Source: Lama glama (lineage: Eukaryota). From it: a stretch of DNA of 64,000 nt. Positions within the stretch are counted from its first letter, which is position 1; each line of letters starts with the position of its first letter. Shown piece after piece: positions 51,758 to 64,000 of this stretch. The DNA lies in contig CM052816.1 of NCBI GenBank assembly GCA_028534125.1, forward strand, positions 89,964,001 to 90,028,000, given 5' to 3'. Both the position numbers and the translations under genes were made by a program. A model generated the notes under the pieces. It was given only the letters and a program-made list of their open reading frames with translations. It ran no database searches and had not been told where the DNA came from.

Positions 51758-53659
51758 TGTAGCATGACCGACATACCATATCTCCTTATGGTTGTTGAAC
51801 CTTAATCAGACATCCAGATTTTTTTCAATAATTCTGTGAACATTGTTTCCCATGGGTTAAGATTTAAAATCTTCTGATTGAGTTATTCATTCAGACACCA
51901 AGATTAGTTTCAGAATTAACTATTTTTAGAGAACTCCCATTTGTAGAAGAGTAGCATTTTTTACTCCTCAGAAAGGTCATGAAAAGCAGAAGCAACAAGG
52001 TTATTAGGTTGTGCCTAAGGCTTTTCCTGGAGGGAAAAAAAATTAGAAGCCAAAGAAGGCAGCGTGAAGCACTATACCTGGGTAACAATTCTCTAAACAT
52101 TCCGTTTCCTTTACGATTTCACATGTTCACAGAATAAAAGCAAAGAGGAAATCGTTTTTACTCTATTTCCATTTTAATTGGGACCTGTAGAGATTAGACT
52201 TTATTTTAAAAAAATTCCCCAGCAAAACTGTGGAATGTGGGAATCTGGTTGTATCTTTTTTTTCTTTGAAGTTATAATTCGTTGCAAGCTGAACTTCACC
52301 GTGTCCTAAAATGCTGGGAAATTCATTTAACTATGTTGTATGTGAACCTGTCGACAGATTTGAGAAAAGCAATTTTAGATGTCAGAATGAGAAAGCACTG
52401 GGGGAAGAAAAAACAATCTTTTTAGTGCAATCTCTATGTTAAGATGCATTTTTATTCCCTGTAATATTACCCTTTGATGTATGTACAATTCCTAGAGCAG
52501 TCAATTAAAAGATTAAAAGACCCTGTGGCCACATTATGAATTATAATTATTTGAGCAATCTGGTGCTCAGGTAGATAAATGGCTATGTCTGAAAAATAGT
52601 TTGAAAATAATGATGCAAGTACAGAGGGAAGTCAAAATATGTTTTTCTTGTTGAACTCAGCACCAGGACATAATTTACTAAGCACTTTGTTTTTCAATGT
52701 CAGCTCTTCGAGCCACAGGTTACCGATTTAATTTTTTTCAGAGGAACTCTGCAGACAAGTGTGCCCATTTCTATTTAAATTGCACCACCGATAAGAAACC
52801 TAGTCTATAAAAACAATCTGCTCATAAGTGCAGCCCACACTCCTTTAGGAAAGCTTCAAAGAATTTGCTTCTGCTGCCAAAAATCAAATATAACCTTTCC
52901 AATCTGACCCTTTTCAAATCTGATTGCATCTTCTATATTTTCGCCTGTTAGCAGGCACATGGACCCAATTCACAGTCAGTGGACAATTCTGTTTTTGAGG
53001 TTTACAAGCATCACTTTGGTCATAAAAACTTTACCAGCAACAATGAATGTCTCATCCTTCTGGCAAATCCTAGTGGTCTATGTAGAAATACTTCATTTGG
53101 AAGTTGAGACACTTTCCAGGTTAAACAAGAACCCTTTTAATTCCAAAAATTTAGTAAAGATAGGAAACAATATTCTCTATCACAGACTCAGTCCACAAGC
53201 TATGCTAATTCAGTGTGAGTTGTTTAACAATAGTCCTTCTAATGAAAACCTCAATGACAGACACTCAGACAGTTCAATGAACAGCAAATAAATCTACAAT
53301 GAAATAAAATGAAGCACCTGTAATTAAATTTTAGTAGAAACAGCATGGAAATATTTTCAGCTTAGCATGTTAAAATGCAAAGTATAATGTCCAATTCTGT
53401 TCTATCCATTTATTCAACAAATATTTATTAAAATCTATTTCATAAGTACTAAACCAGTTCTTGAAATAGATACTAAGGCAATCTTGCAAATTATTCAAAC
53501 TTGAAATAACTGTCTCTGGAATTATAATTTAGCCTTATCTTGAATTAACTTTAGAGTAAGCATAATTATTTCTGTGATTGTTATATATGGACCTAAAATG
53601 ATTACTTTTTATAATATATGGATTCAAATGACATTTATTATGACCATTGATAAAAACTA

Positions 53660-53758
53660 CACATACGTACATCTTATATATATGCTCACATACATGTGAT
53701 ATATACATATATAGCATATACATATCACATATATATGCTATATATATTTAGACATATA
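53660..53758. repeat. (TA/CA)-rich low-complexity repeat
   Basis: ACATACGTACATCTTATATATATGCTCACATACATGTGATATATACATATATAGCATATACATATC... Confidence 0.7.
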
Positions 53759-53815
53759 ACAGTTTCTCAATATCCCATGACATATCTTGTAACCTTCTTA
53801 GATAGACAGGATGAG

Positions 53816-54005
53816 CTAGAGGTTCCTAAACTTCAAAGTTAATAAGAATTACATGGGACATGTCCTTTTAAATTCAGATTTCAAATCTCCATCCACAGAG
53901 ATTATATTCAATAGGATTGATTCTGAGGCGAGGAATCTGCATTTTGATAAGTAGTCCATGTGGTTTTCATGAATAAGTCAAGATAGCATAACTTTAAGAA
54001 GGTAC
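53816..54005. mobile_element. MER5-like hAT-Charlie MITE
   Basis: CTAGAGGTTCCTAAACTT...AGAATTACATGGGA...AATTCAGATT...GGAATCTGCATTTTGATAAG...ACTTTAAGAA. Confidence 0.65.
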
Positions 54006-55589
54006 CGAATCATGTATCATTATTCAGATTTCACAATCCTCAGTCAAGATTTACCTAAATGAGTAAAACCTAAAACGTTCTGCTCGAAATCCCTGAAGCA
54101 ACTATACCATCCAAACACATAGCTGTGTTTTGTCAAAATAAACTATATAAACAATTTAATTTTTTAAAATAGACATTATTGACCAAATTTATAGACTCTT
54201 CTTGGAAGTGGACATTAATTATGTAAGTTCTCATATATAAAGAGTATAAATGTCTTACAATAATTTGTAATAGAGCCAGGATATCACTTCAGTGGTTCGT
54301 GTCTTTAAATACTCTGAAAACAGAAATAAAGGGTGATGCACTCCTTTATGGGACTTTAGTTCATTTGGACACACCTGGAGACAAGTGAATCACTTTGCTA
54401 AATAAAGCGCCTCTGTTGGCAGAAGCATCTCTCTTGATTGAGTCCCTGCCTTCCTGCAGAAATTTCTTTTGCTTCGTAAGATAGTATATGTCTGTAGTCT
54501 GTAATGACTCTCTGGGTTTCTGACATGTGTAGTAGCTTGAACACATTTCTAGAGATATATACCAAAATCAGATTACTTGACCCTATATGCTTTTAAAACT
54601 ACTAACATGATAAAATTCCCTACAACTACAATTTATCAGACAAGAGAATAAATACGTGATAGATGAACTCAGACTCTGTGAGAACAAAAAAAAGAAGAGG
54701 CTACATAAAGTCACCCTTTCCTCTTTCTTTCCTCTCGTTCAAAGTGAATGAACACCCTTGAACTTCAAGGATATGGACATGTGAACACCACGAGTTTCCT
54801 TTCCTGAGCCTCTAGCTTCTGCTAAGGATCTGAGAATGTCAGAACCAACAGACACTGTTCACAACTAATCTATTATATATTAATTTCTGCTGAAGAATGC
54901 ACATAATATGTAAATTCTTTCTTTATTAAAACACAATTGGAAACATGAGAATATATAAAGTAAGATTTCTTAAAAATGTCTCAGAAGATGAAAGATCATT
55001 GATTATATGTTTGATTTTATATTCTGATCTCTAAAATATGAGTAAGATTTCTAACAGTATATTTATTCAATTTAATAAATATAATGTATACTTACCTATG
55101 TATATATTAAAACACAGACAGATTCAATAAAGAATATAATAGTTGAGTTCCTTGGTTACATTTGTTAAATCCTTTTATTTTAAATTAAAATTCAAATCTT
55201 GGAGGTGATTATTACAAATATAAAAGAAATTTAGGTGTAGAAAGTCAAATGTTTTTACTAGCTTCAAGAATCTAAAACAACCCTTGCTAGGCAACAGTAC
55301 TGTATTTTTGTATTTTATAGATATATTACCTTTGGAAGAAATAATTTCAGAAGTGAAACTGGAGTGTTATAACTTTTAATGATTCTTCTGTTTTGTTTTA
55401 GAGAAAAAAAGATATAAAAATCAGTGCTATCATCAAGTATCAATTTTATGCTCCTATAAGTGATTCATCATGAATGGGCATCTCTCCAGAAATATAACAC
55501 TTTTCCAGAGTGCATAGAGCTCCTCCCTGGGGCTTCCTGATGTGTTCAGAGCTTAGAAAGTAGCACCATGAAGCCCACTGAGCCTGAAA

Positions 55590-55720
55590 CTACAATACGG
55601 TGTACATGAATGGGACTGAAGTAGCTTACCTAGGTTCGAATCCCGTTTCTCCCACTTAAGAATTCTATAATCCTGGATATCTGATATTTGTTCTTCTTAT
55701 CACTTAAATAAGCCTAATTA
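55590..55720 (+). mobile_element. MIR SINE fragment
   Basis: B-box CCTAGGTTCGAATCCCGTTTCTCCCACTTA followed by decayed MIR core. Confidence 0.6.
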
Positions 55721-56538
55721 TGTTGCCCAAGTCAGTTGTTGCAGAAAGTGAATATGAAAATGCACAAAGATGCACATCAATCTTTAAACAATTCCTTGAC
55801 CATCAGATATATGTCTGTATATGTATCTATCTTGTCCATAACTGTATCTGTATTCATGCTAAAATGTATAGTCCTCCAAAAGTCCTCTTTATACATATAC
55901 TTAGAGTTTGTGAATGAGGTCAGAAGGGTTCATTTTCTTCCCTCTGGCTTCCTCTGCTTCAGAAGAGCGAATATGTACCATGAACTGAAGGAGGGTCATA
56001 CTCTCTGGAAGAGTCAACGCAGGTGAGTACTGTCTTACCAACTGCATGGCAGCAAGGCCTCAGGGGACGCTGGTGACCACAGCTCCATTGTCAGGACTAG
56101 GACAGCGCAGCCTCCTGGGGGCAGAGGAGTCTTGCACAAGATAGAGAATCACATGCCTTTCCTTTTCCTTTTCATTCTTCTTCAGTATCCTGGAATAATC
56201 TTGTGAAACATTTGTATCCTTTTTTTTTGGAGACTATCCAAGTTAGAGCAGTTATAGAACGTGTCTTCTGTTCAACATTAGCAATATGATACACACTTAA
56301 GCTAAAATCAGCTAAAAGCTAGACAGAGCAAACACTTCATGTCATTTCTCTACGTAGAGATAATAGTTTATAAATTGTTTTGTGTTTCTGAACTAGGGGG
56401 AAAATGTAGGAGTTTTTTGCCAATTTCTCTTATGATACATAAAATGCATTAAATGATGTTCCCCACGAGGCTGACTTTCTTTAACACATAGGGGAGATAA
56501 AACAATAATAATGGACTCTGTTGCTTTGTTATCTTTGA

Positions 56539-56576
56539 ATATATATATATATCTATGTGTGTGTGTGTGTGTGTGT
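56539..56576. repeat. (TA)n(TG)n compound microsatellite
   Basis: ATATATATATATATCTATGTGTGTGTGTGTGTGTGTGT. Confidence 0.9.
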
Positions 56577-59500
56577 ACACACAGGTGTGCACACTCATAT
56601 ACGTATGTGTATATAATCAAACTCATTTCAAACAGATGCATAGGACTGCCTGTTTTAAAATATACCTGAAGTGAAACAATTTTCATGAAGTTACATAAAA
56701 TTCCCAGCACTTCTAGTTCCACCAGGATAACACTGAATTTCAAAAGTACACAATTGACGTAACTATCAAATTAATTTATTTTAAATGATACCAAGCATCA
56801 TTTCACATATTTGGGTTTCTCTTATGACAAATGTTAGCAATTTAGCCTACTTTATAATGAAGTATAATATTACAGCCAAATTCTGGTACATATTAATAGT
56901 CGCATAAAAAAGACAAAAGTATATAAAATTCTAGAGCAGGTAACGTGGAATAAAGTGGGGCCCTGTATGATCAAGGGGAAGCTGAGTGACTTAGGAAAGT
57001 ATTACATAAGACATAACTGCTGACAAAATTGTGCCCCCAGCAAAATCAGAACAATTATCATAACAGACTGCATGACTGACACCATATTACCCCATTTCTA
57101 ACCAAAGACCACTGCTCACTCCACTAGAAATTTATTCCCCTGTAAATTCAGTATATATTTTATAGAAATTATTAATAGATAAGGAATTATTTACAGCAAT
57201 GCATTTTAACACTGAATTTCCCAGAACATTATATTTTGATAAATCTTATTTTTTTTATTTTTAGCACTCTTGAGCTATTATGCTATTGTTTATATCTTAA
57301 AATCTTATAAATGGTAGTATAAAGTCTGTCATTTTGCACACAATTTTTGGACAATAGATGCTTTTAAATGTGTCATGAGGAAATAGCTTTCCTCATTATT
57401 TCCTCACTATTTCCTCACTATTGCTTTTAAAATGTGTTTTATAACACAAGTGTCTATAAATTATGAAGAGGAAAGTCATCATTTGTATTGCCAGATGTTG
57501 AGAGTCATTGTGTCAGATTTAAAGCAGACTTGAATCCGGGGGCACAACTGCCCAGAAGAGAACCCAGACAAGGAGTATTTGCACAGGACTTTGTGTGAGC
57601 GAATTTGTAAGTATATGTATCAAGTGTTGCACTACTGAGACATTAGCACCGTGAGCCTGCCCCAACTAATATGACATTTAAAGCAGTGTGATGATTACCT
57701 GGACTATGGAATGAGTTTAGTGGACAACTAGCATGCAGCTAACACCAGTTCTGTGTATAATTATTAATGGACAAAATCTGTCATTTCAATTTAAACTCAT
57801 ACTTCAGAAGCTAGATAGAAGAAGGACATTAAAGATGGTAGTAAAGGAAAGAATTCAAGAACTGAGAATACCTTGTCTGGGAGAGCAACCCAAGGAGCAT
57901 TGTAAGGAACATTCCCGAAAGTGAACATACATTTTCTATTATTAAAAATGAGATAATTGGGACCACACAAAAGACCTTGTTCACTGAGAGCGTTATGGAA
58001 ACCTACGATAGTGATGATTGAAAAATTTAAAAGGAATTCTTAAGTGGAGTTAGCAACATAAAAATTAAAATCTAAAGAGAATTGTCTGAAGAAAAAGGAC
58101 CATTAGGGTCAACTTGCTGTTTCTATGAACTTCCTGTACTTAAACAAAAATTGCAACAGAGGAAGACATGTCTTCTTTCTCATGACAGAGCTCAGAAATC
58201 ACAAGTATGTCAACAGAGTTTTCTTTAATAACAAACCTTTACATAGATAATGACAGAGAACAAGTCATTAAATCTTCTCTTCACCATTTATTAAATTCTG
58301 TCAATCACACATTCACACATTTAATGCCATCTAAAAATATGTCACAATGGAAGTGTATGAATTGTATGTGTTCTTTTATCTTAAGTAATTATTTTTTACT
58401 TAAAGGATATCTATTTTTCTCTTCTTTGTTTAATTAAATTTGAGACATTAAAATATCTCTAACGTTAAAACAATGGAAAATACCTGTATTTTCACTTTGC
58501 TAGTATGGATATAAAAACATAAAATGGTAGTACAACAGCCTTCTAGTGACATCTGTTGAACAATCAAGTTGTTCCTTGAGCAATAAATATAAAAGCAGAA
58601 ATTATTTGTTTGTAAAATGGGAATAAAAATGAATTTTCCTGAGTTTCCATACAAAATTAAAACATGAGATTTGGGTATTTCTCAGTTAAATGTAACAGCA
58701 TAACTCATTGAATAAGAATCTTGACTATGCTGACACATCACGAAATATAAATTATTGCCAAAGCATGCTGCCAATTTTCCTTCCTCATAAGCTCCTCCAA
58801 CTCTACAAAAGTTTAATTTAAGGGGACATAGCTTTGAGTATAAAAAAGAATTTCTTATGGCAGAGATGCTAAAAATATGCAATGCATATATATCAGACTC
58901 AAGAAAGTTGGAGAAAAGAATGAAGCATAGAAGTCGTATTTATGAGAACAAGCAAGATTGGAAGACTTCTGACAGAAAAAAAAGTGAAGAACATTAGAAG
59001 CTGAAACACATTTATAAAGAAATAAACATAAAACAAATTATTTGGAAAAATTCTAAAAGAACTAAAACTTATTTATAAAAAAGCATCTTAGCTTAATGAA
59101 TCAATTAATACCAAATAAATATATGGCATGGGTTAATAACTAGTAGAAATATATTAAATATTTTTAATGCTGGCAAAATATATAGATTAATAAAAACTTC
59201 TAAATAATATGGCATTAAATAATTGTCCTAATATATATTGTCATTTAATCAAGCAAGTAACCTAAAGAGGTGGGTATATTTCAGTTTAGCTGGCAAGGGA
59301 ACCATGGTGACACGAGCCTATGCGGCCAGCCTCATGACAAGGTCATGAGACTTGGACTTCAAAGATCAACCCTAGGGCCCTTTATGCTGTACATCTCTCA
59401 TTTAGAGAAAATACTGCACTCATTAAAGGCTGAAAACATTTATTATAACATTTGGCATGTGTCAAAATAGAGCCATTGGAAGTCATCACTAAATATTGTA

Positions 59501-60187
59501 CATCATGACCCTGGGGCAATCATCTACATTTTTTTAACTGGAAAATAAAATTGTTGAAGATTTTTAAAATTTATTTTATGTTTAAGAGATTTTTTTCTTT
59601 TTTTAACATTGTGTTAAATATTTGAAGCTATTTTAGAACATTCTGTTGGTATATATTAGTTTGGAACATGATTTTATGATTTTTAAATAATGGAAGCAAT
59701 TATGTAAGAGTCCATAAAATTCTGCTTATGATACTTTTATAGTCCTTGTCAATAAAGAACAGATGTTTAAAAAAACACTTTGTATCAGTAATATCATAGT
59801 TTTAATGTCACAGAATAATTCTTTTTAAACTTGTTTGAAGGTAAATGTAGAATTGATCTTCACATAAAAACATGAATGTAGAATGTTCAGGGCTGCTGCT
59901 ACAGTTGCATGTGATTTGTTAAAACTGGAACATGCTTTTAAAATTCCTAGCATCTTTTAGTATTAATTTTAAATTTTGTCACTGCTTAGAAGATCAAATA
60001 TTCTACCATTATATAAGGTATTCATTAAAATTAAATGTGTCCCTTTTTTTCCATCAGCAAGTTTTCAAACAAGGTTTCTGAATCAAATTTATTTGTGAAG
60101 ATTACTCTTCCTGCTGGCCTGGATTCTCTTCTCTGGTACCCCTGTATGCTTTCAGGAACAAATTGGATGCAGAATAAATGTTTACAA

Positions 60188-60218
60188 TGATGATGATGTT
60201 GATGGTGATGATAATGAC
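60188..60218. repeat. Imperfect (GAT)n repeat
   Basis: TGATGATGATGTTGATGGTGATGATAATGAC. Confidence 0.75.
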
Positions 60219-61107
60219 AATATATGAAAATTCATGACTACTATGAGGAATCATTGTGTGTACACTGCAATCAAAAACAGAAAACACAATGTATGAAAGC
60301 AAGAAAGGGAAGATTACAAAGCATCTCTTCCAAGTTGCCAAAGAGTAAATAACGTTGTCCCAAGATGTACTGCTGTATACTGTGTTTTATCTGAATTTGC
60401 TTTTTTGTTATTAAAACTTAGTTTAAAAAATAAACAAAATCTTGTGATTTTTAAACATATTTTAAGCTTTCAATTGAAATAGTATGAATTATGTGGAGGT
60501 ATTCAATTACCCCATTTATACATGAAATATCTTAATTTAATGATCCTAACTGTGTCCTAAAAGAATCTTGCTTGTCTCCATTTACCCCAAGGAGACAAAA
60601 ATGTTCCTCCTTAAATAATTTTAATTTGTAAAGTGCATGAATGAGTGCAGGAAAGGCTAGATAAATGAATCAACAAGTTAATTAATGTATATTTATCAAC
60701 ACATTTTAACATCTAGAGAAATAGATTGTTATATTATGAAAAATTTTTAAAATGATATAGTGTTGGGATTCCAAAGAGGTATGGGTACATTTACTATCTG
60801 CAGTTAACTTCCTGCTAACCTTGCTGAAAATTCAAGCTAGGAATAGTGGAATATTCATTAATGTTATTCTTCAAAAATATTCGATTTTCCCTCAGAAATC
60901 ATGTAAAATATAATAAAATAGGTCCATTCTACACCTTCAGTTAGTTAAGGTATTTTTGCATAATTTTTGAAGCAATTAGTAAAGGCCAGGCGATCCAAGA
61001 AAGAAAAAATTAAGAAGAAAATTAAGGAGTGAGCTATACCCTCTAGCAGTAAAGACAATGACCTATCCTAAGTGGCCATGTCAGGTTGGGGAAGTGGCAG
61101 TAATTCG

Positions 61108-61441
61108 TGTTGACCTGAAACGAACAGACTGCCAGGTATTTCTCCAGCAAAGAGATTTAACGGGGATCAGACAAGAATTGCAATTCAAGGCCTGCAACCC
61201 TGGTGAGCCATGTGTAATTTCCCTCCGAGCAATGGAAGGAGAACATTTTTTAAAGGGGTGAAAAGGAAGTTGGTGGGACTACAGTAAACCGACAGTCCTT
61301 GGCTTTTCATTGGCTGAGTCCTTTCTGAACAAGAAGCGTCTTCCTCCCGTTGGGCTCTGGTATCATCTCAAGGTGTGAGAGCTCCCCCTGCTGGTCCCTC
61401 AGCTCTATTTAATTGAGGTTTCTGTTTATTGATTTTTCACA
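61108..61441 (-). mobile_element. ERV1-like solo LTR (same family as 30030-30360)
   Basis: TGTTGACC...TTTTTCACA termini. The flanks TTCG (61104-61107) and TTAG (61442-61445) form a 4-bp TSD with one mismatch. Confidence 0.85.
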
Positions 61442-61464
61442 TTAGTTATAATTTCTAAAGCCTC

Positions 61465-61645
61465 TACTCTCTATACCAGAAACTGTTCTACATGCTTTAT
61501 TTATGTATTAGTTTACTTAATTCTCCCTAGATTTTATATCTTAGGGACCTGAGGCACAAACGATCAAATTACCTGCCTACCATCCTACAGCCCTGGTCAG
61601 GGGTCTGGCTTCCAACACTGGCCTCAGTCACTAAATGTACTGCCT
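61465..61645 (-). mobile_element. MIR fragment
   Basis: ATTTTATATCTTAGGGACCTGAGGCACAAACGATCAAATTACCTGCC matches the antisense MIR core (ATTTTACAGATGAGGAAACTGAGGCACAGA). Confidence 0.55.
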
Positions 61646-62156
61646 CTCTCTGTTCCCAGGCGCAAAGCCTTGCCGATCCTTGGGTGTGGGTGTATACTTC
61701 TCTGCTGGCATCCCAGAGGCTCTGCGCTCACCCCAACCCACTCCATCTCCAGCGCCGTTATCTTTGAACTATAGATGCCCACCGGGAAGATGACAAGAGT
61801 CCTTCAGGTCTCTCAGTGTCACATTTGCACGTGTGTGCGTGTACAGGCGCTCTACTGATGCATCTAAGGATCTAATAAATGCTACCCCCTCTCACCAGGC
61901 ACCCCCGGGTGCCTCTGGCCCTGCTCCTCTCCAATGCTACAGTAAACAAGGACTTTTCTATGGGAACTGCCTCCCAGGACAAGATGGGAAGTAGAACCCA
62001 GACCTCCCACAATCTCAGATCTCCAAACTGTGCACGATCCCAGTATCCCTATTCTTTAGAGTTAAGACCAGGAGGGAACCCAAGTACAGACATCCCCTTC
62101 AAAGAGCCACTTATCTCTTCAGTCTCCTGCTTTTTGTTTTGTTTTGTTTTCTTCTT

Positions 62157-62158
<2 letters not shown>

Positions 62159-62200
<42 letters not shown>
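62159..62200. repeat. Perfect (GT)21 microsatellite
   Basis: Uninterrupted GT run. Confidence 0.97.
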
Positions 62201-62202
<2 letters not shown>

Positions 62203-64000
62203 GGGGTGAGGGGGCCGGAGCGCCACAGAAGAGAAGGCGAGTGGCTTTGCCTCACAGATACTCTTTCTGGATCTGTTTTATGAACGGGTTAAACTTTATA
62301 AAGCTTAAAATCCAATGATATTATGTCTTTGTTCTCTAGCTGCATTGTAACAGTGTTCGAGATTCTCAGAGGTTGAGGAAACAGCAGCAAACACTTCCTA
62401 ACGTCATCTCACGAAATGAGAAATGGGTGAAAATAACGAAATGCTACCTCCGCCCCCAGAGGACTTCAGAGACCTCAGGTCCAAATCTTTACTTTCTAAT
62501 TATTTGTGACTGCTATTATGTCTTCTAGGTGTCCTTTAGAAGCATCTGCATTCTGCCCTCTCCCTGTCCAATACTGACATGAATTTTTTTCATTGCAGTT
62601 ATGGCATCTGAAACGTCACATACGAGGCTTCTCTTAGGTTCTACTCGCTAACTCACTACAAAATCACGAGGACGAAGTGAATAAAATACTCCCCACTTCA
62701 CCTTATGCTACCTTCTCTTCTCAGGACTCATCTCCACTTTTTAAGCTTTATTTGAGGTTGCTCTTTTGTATTTTTCATTGTTTATGATGTCCTCCTGTGT
62801 GTAAGACTCTTCTGCAAGACCAGGAAAACTGGAGGACAGTTCACACTGCGTGCACGTACAGTGGTCTCCCCAGTTACCCACTGTTCTTGGGCCACATGTG
62901 TCTTCTCTGACTTCTTTTTGGGAGTGAGTGTCTTTATATCATTTCCTTGCCAGTACTAAATGACACGCTGAAGCATATTTAAAATGTTAAGAGTTTCTTT
63001 GAGCAAAAAGGGATTCAAATCAGGCAGCACTAGGCGGGAAGTGGTTATCAGGGCTCCGCTGTGAGGAGCTGGGGAAAGATGACAGGAAAGATGCGGAAGC
63101 GAAAACGGCAAGTGATGTGATTGGCTGTAGCTTAAAGCCTCCTCGGCTGTTTGTGATCAGCCGAATCTCAGTCCCGTGGCCTTCTTGTTTAATTAATTTC
63201 ATATGGTTATAATGCCCAAATTCTGTGGTGGCACAATAGCTCTGATATGACCATACCTTGTCCCACATCAAAACAGAATGGTTCACACTTGCTCGCACAC
63301 AAGTAATACATTTAACAGAGTATCAGTAATCCTTCAACTCTAGCATCAGAAATGGTTAAAGAAAGAAACCTAAACTGAATGGCTCCGACCCACATCTGTG
63401 TTCTCCTCTCTGGAATTTCTATGTCTCAGAGTACACATCCCGAACGGACAGTATTCCTCTTAATATCTGGATGAAGTGACCAACATGCTAGGATGTGGGG
63501 GTCAGACGGACAGGGGAATAGGTTATTTAGTTATTTAGTTACAATCATGGTACTATTTAATACAATCATGATTATTTAGTACAATCCTAGTAGACTTTTT
63601 TCTATCATAATGACAAATGGTTGGGTGGTTTTCAGAAACAAATAGAAGCAACTTATGTTCCACAATATACATTTAGTTTTAGTATCATTTGTTCATTTCA
63701 ATTAAATCAAAATGTCATACTCCTCTAGGAAGCTCTGAGGGTAGAGACAGACACAGTCTTCTTCCCCTGGATCTACAGTTGTGTGGTTTCTGACTAGAAG
63801 ACCCTTCTGCTTGCCAATAACAAGTCTCTTATAGACATTTGACAAATGTCCACTGCTTGATTAAGCTATTGTGAACAAAGATCTTTCATTTAATATAATA
63901 TTTCCTAAAGATTTCAAAGCATTGCTCATTAAGCTTGAAATAACCTTGAATATTCATTTGAAATGATAAGCAATTCAGAAGTTTTTCTCTCTCTCTTTTT

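Noticed and set aside
58162..58175. 14-bp perfect palindrome GAAGACATGTCTTC
   Set aside because: Palindromes with 7-bp arms are expected a few times by chance in 64 kb.
61879..62283. 134-aa ORF
   Set aside because: It is extended by a T-rich tract and the (GT)n repeat (CVCVCV). No domain is recognisable.
1..64000. CRISPR array, operon or other prokaryote-type system
   Set aside because: The sequence is mammalian and repeat-rich. It has no regularly spaced repeat-spacer array and no gene-dense coding region.

Overview
AT-rich mammalian genomic DNA, almost certainly from a camelid (camel/llama/alpaca). A Vic-1-type tRNA-derived SINE and several camelid-type L1 3' ends point to this. I cannot support any protein-coding gene. 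The short ORFs are chance ORFs, decayed L1/L2 fragments or artefacts spanning the N gap. The window is an intergenic or deep-intronic mosaic of old L1M and L2 fragments, MaLR/ERV solo LTRs, hAT MITEs, MIRs and microsatellites, split by a 500-N scaffold gap (28934-29433). Repeat family names come from recalled consensus sequences, not a database search. The best-supported unusual structures are: (1) an L1 insertion carrying a 3' transduction with its own AATAAA, second poly(A) and 12-bp TSD (32937-33629); (2) a near-perfect 157-bp non-tandem duplication of part of an ancient L1 5' UTR (46905-47784); (3) a twin-priming 5' inversion in a short L1 (22341-22607); (4) two ~40-45-bp L1 micro-insertions with TSDs; (5) an 18-bp hairpin near position 1050. 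There are also two weak orphan-exon candidates. I found no evidence for a wholly new biological system.
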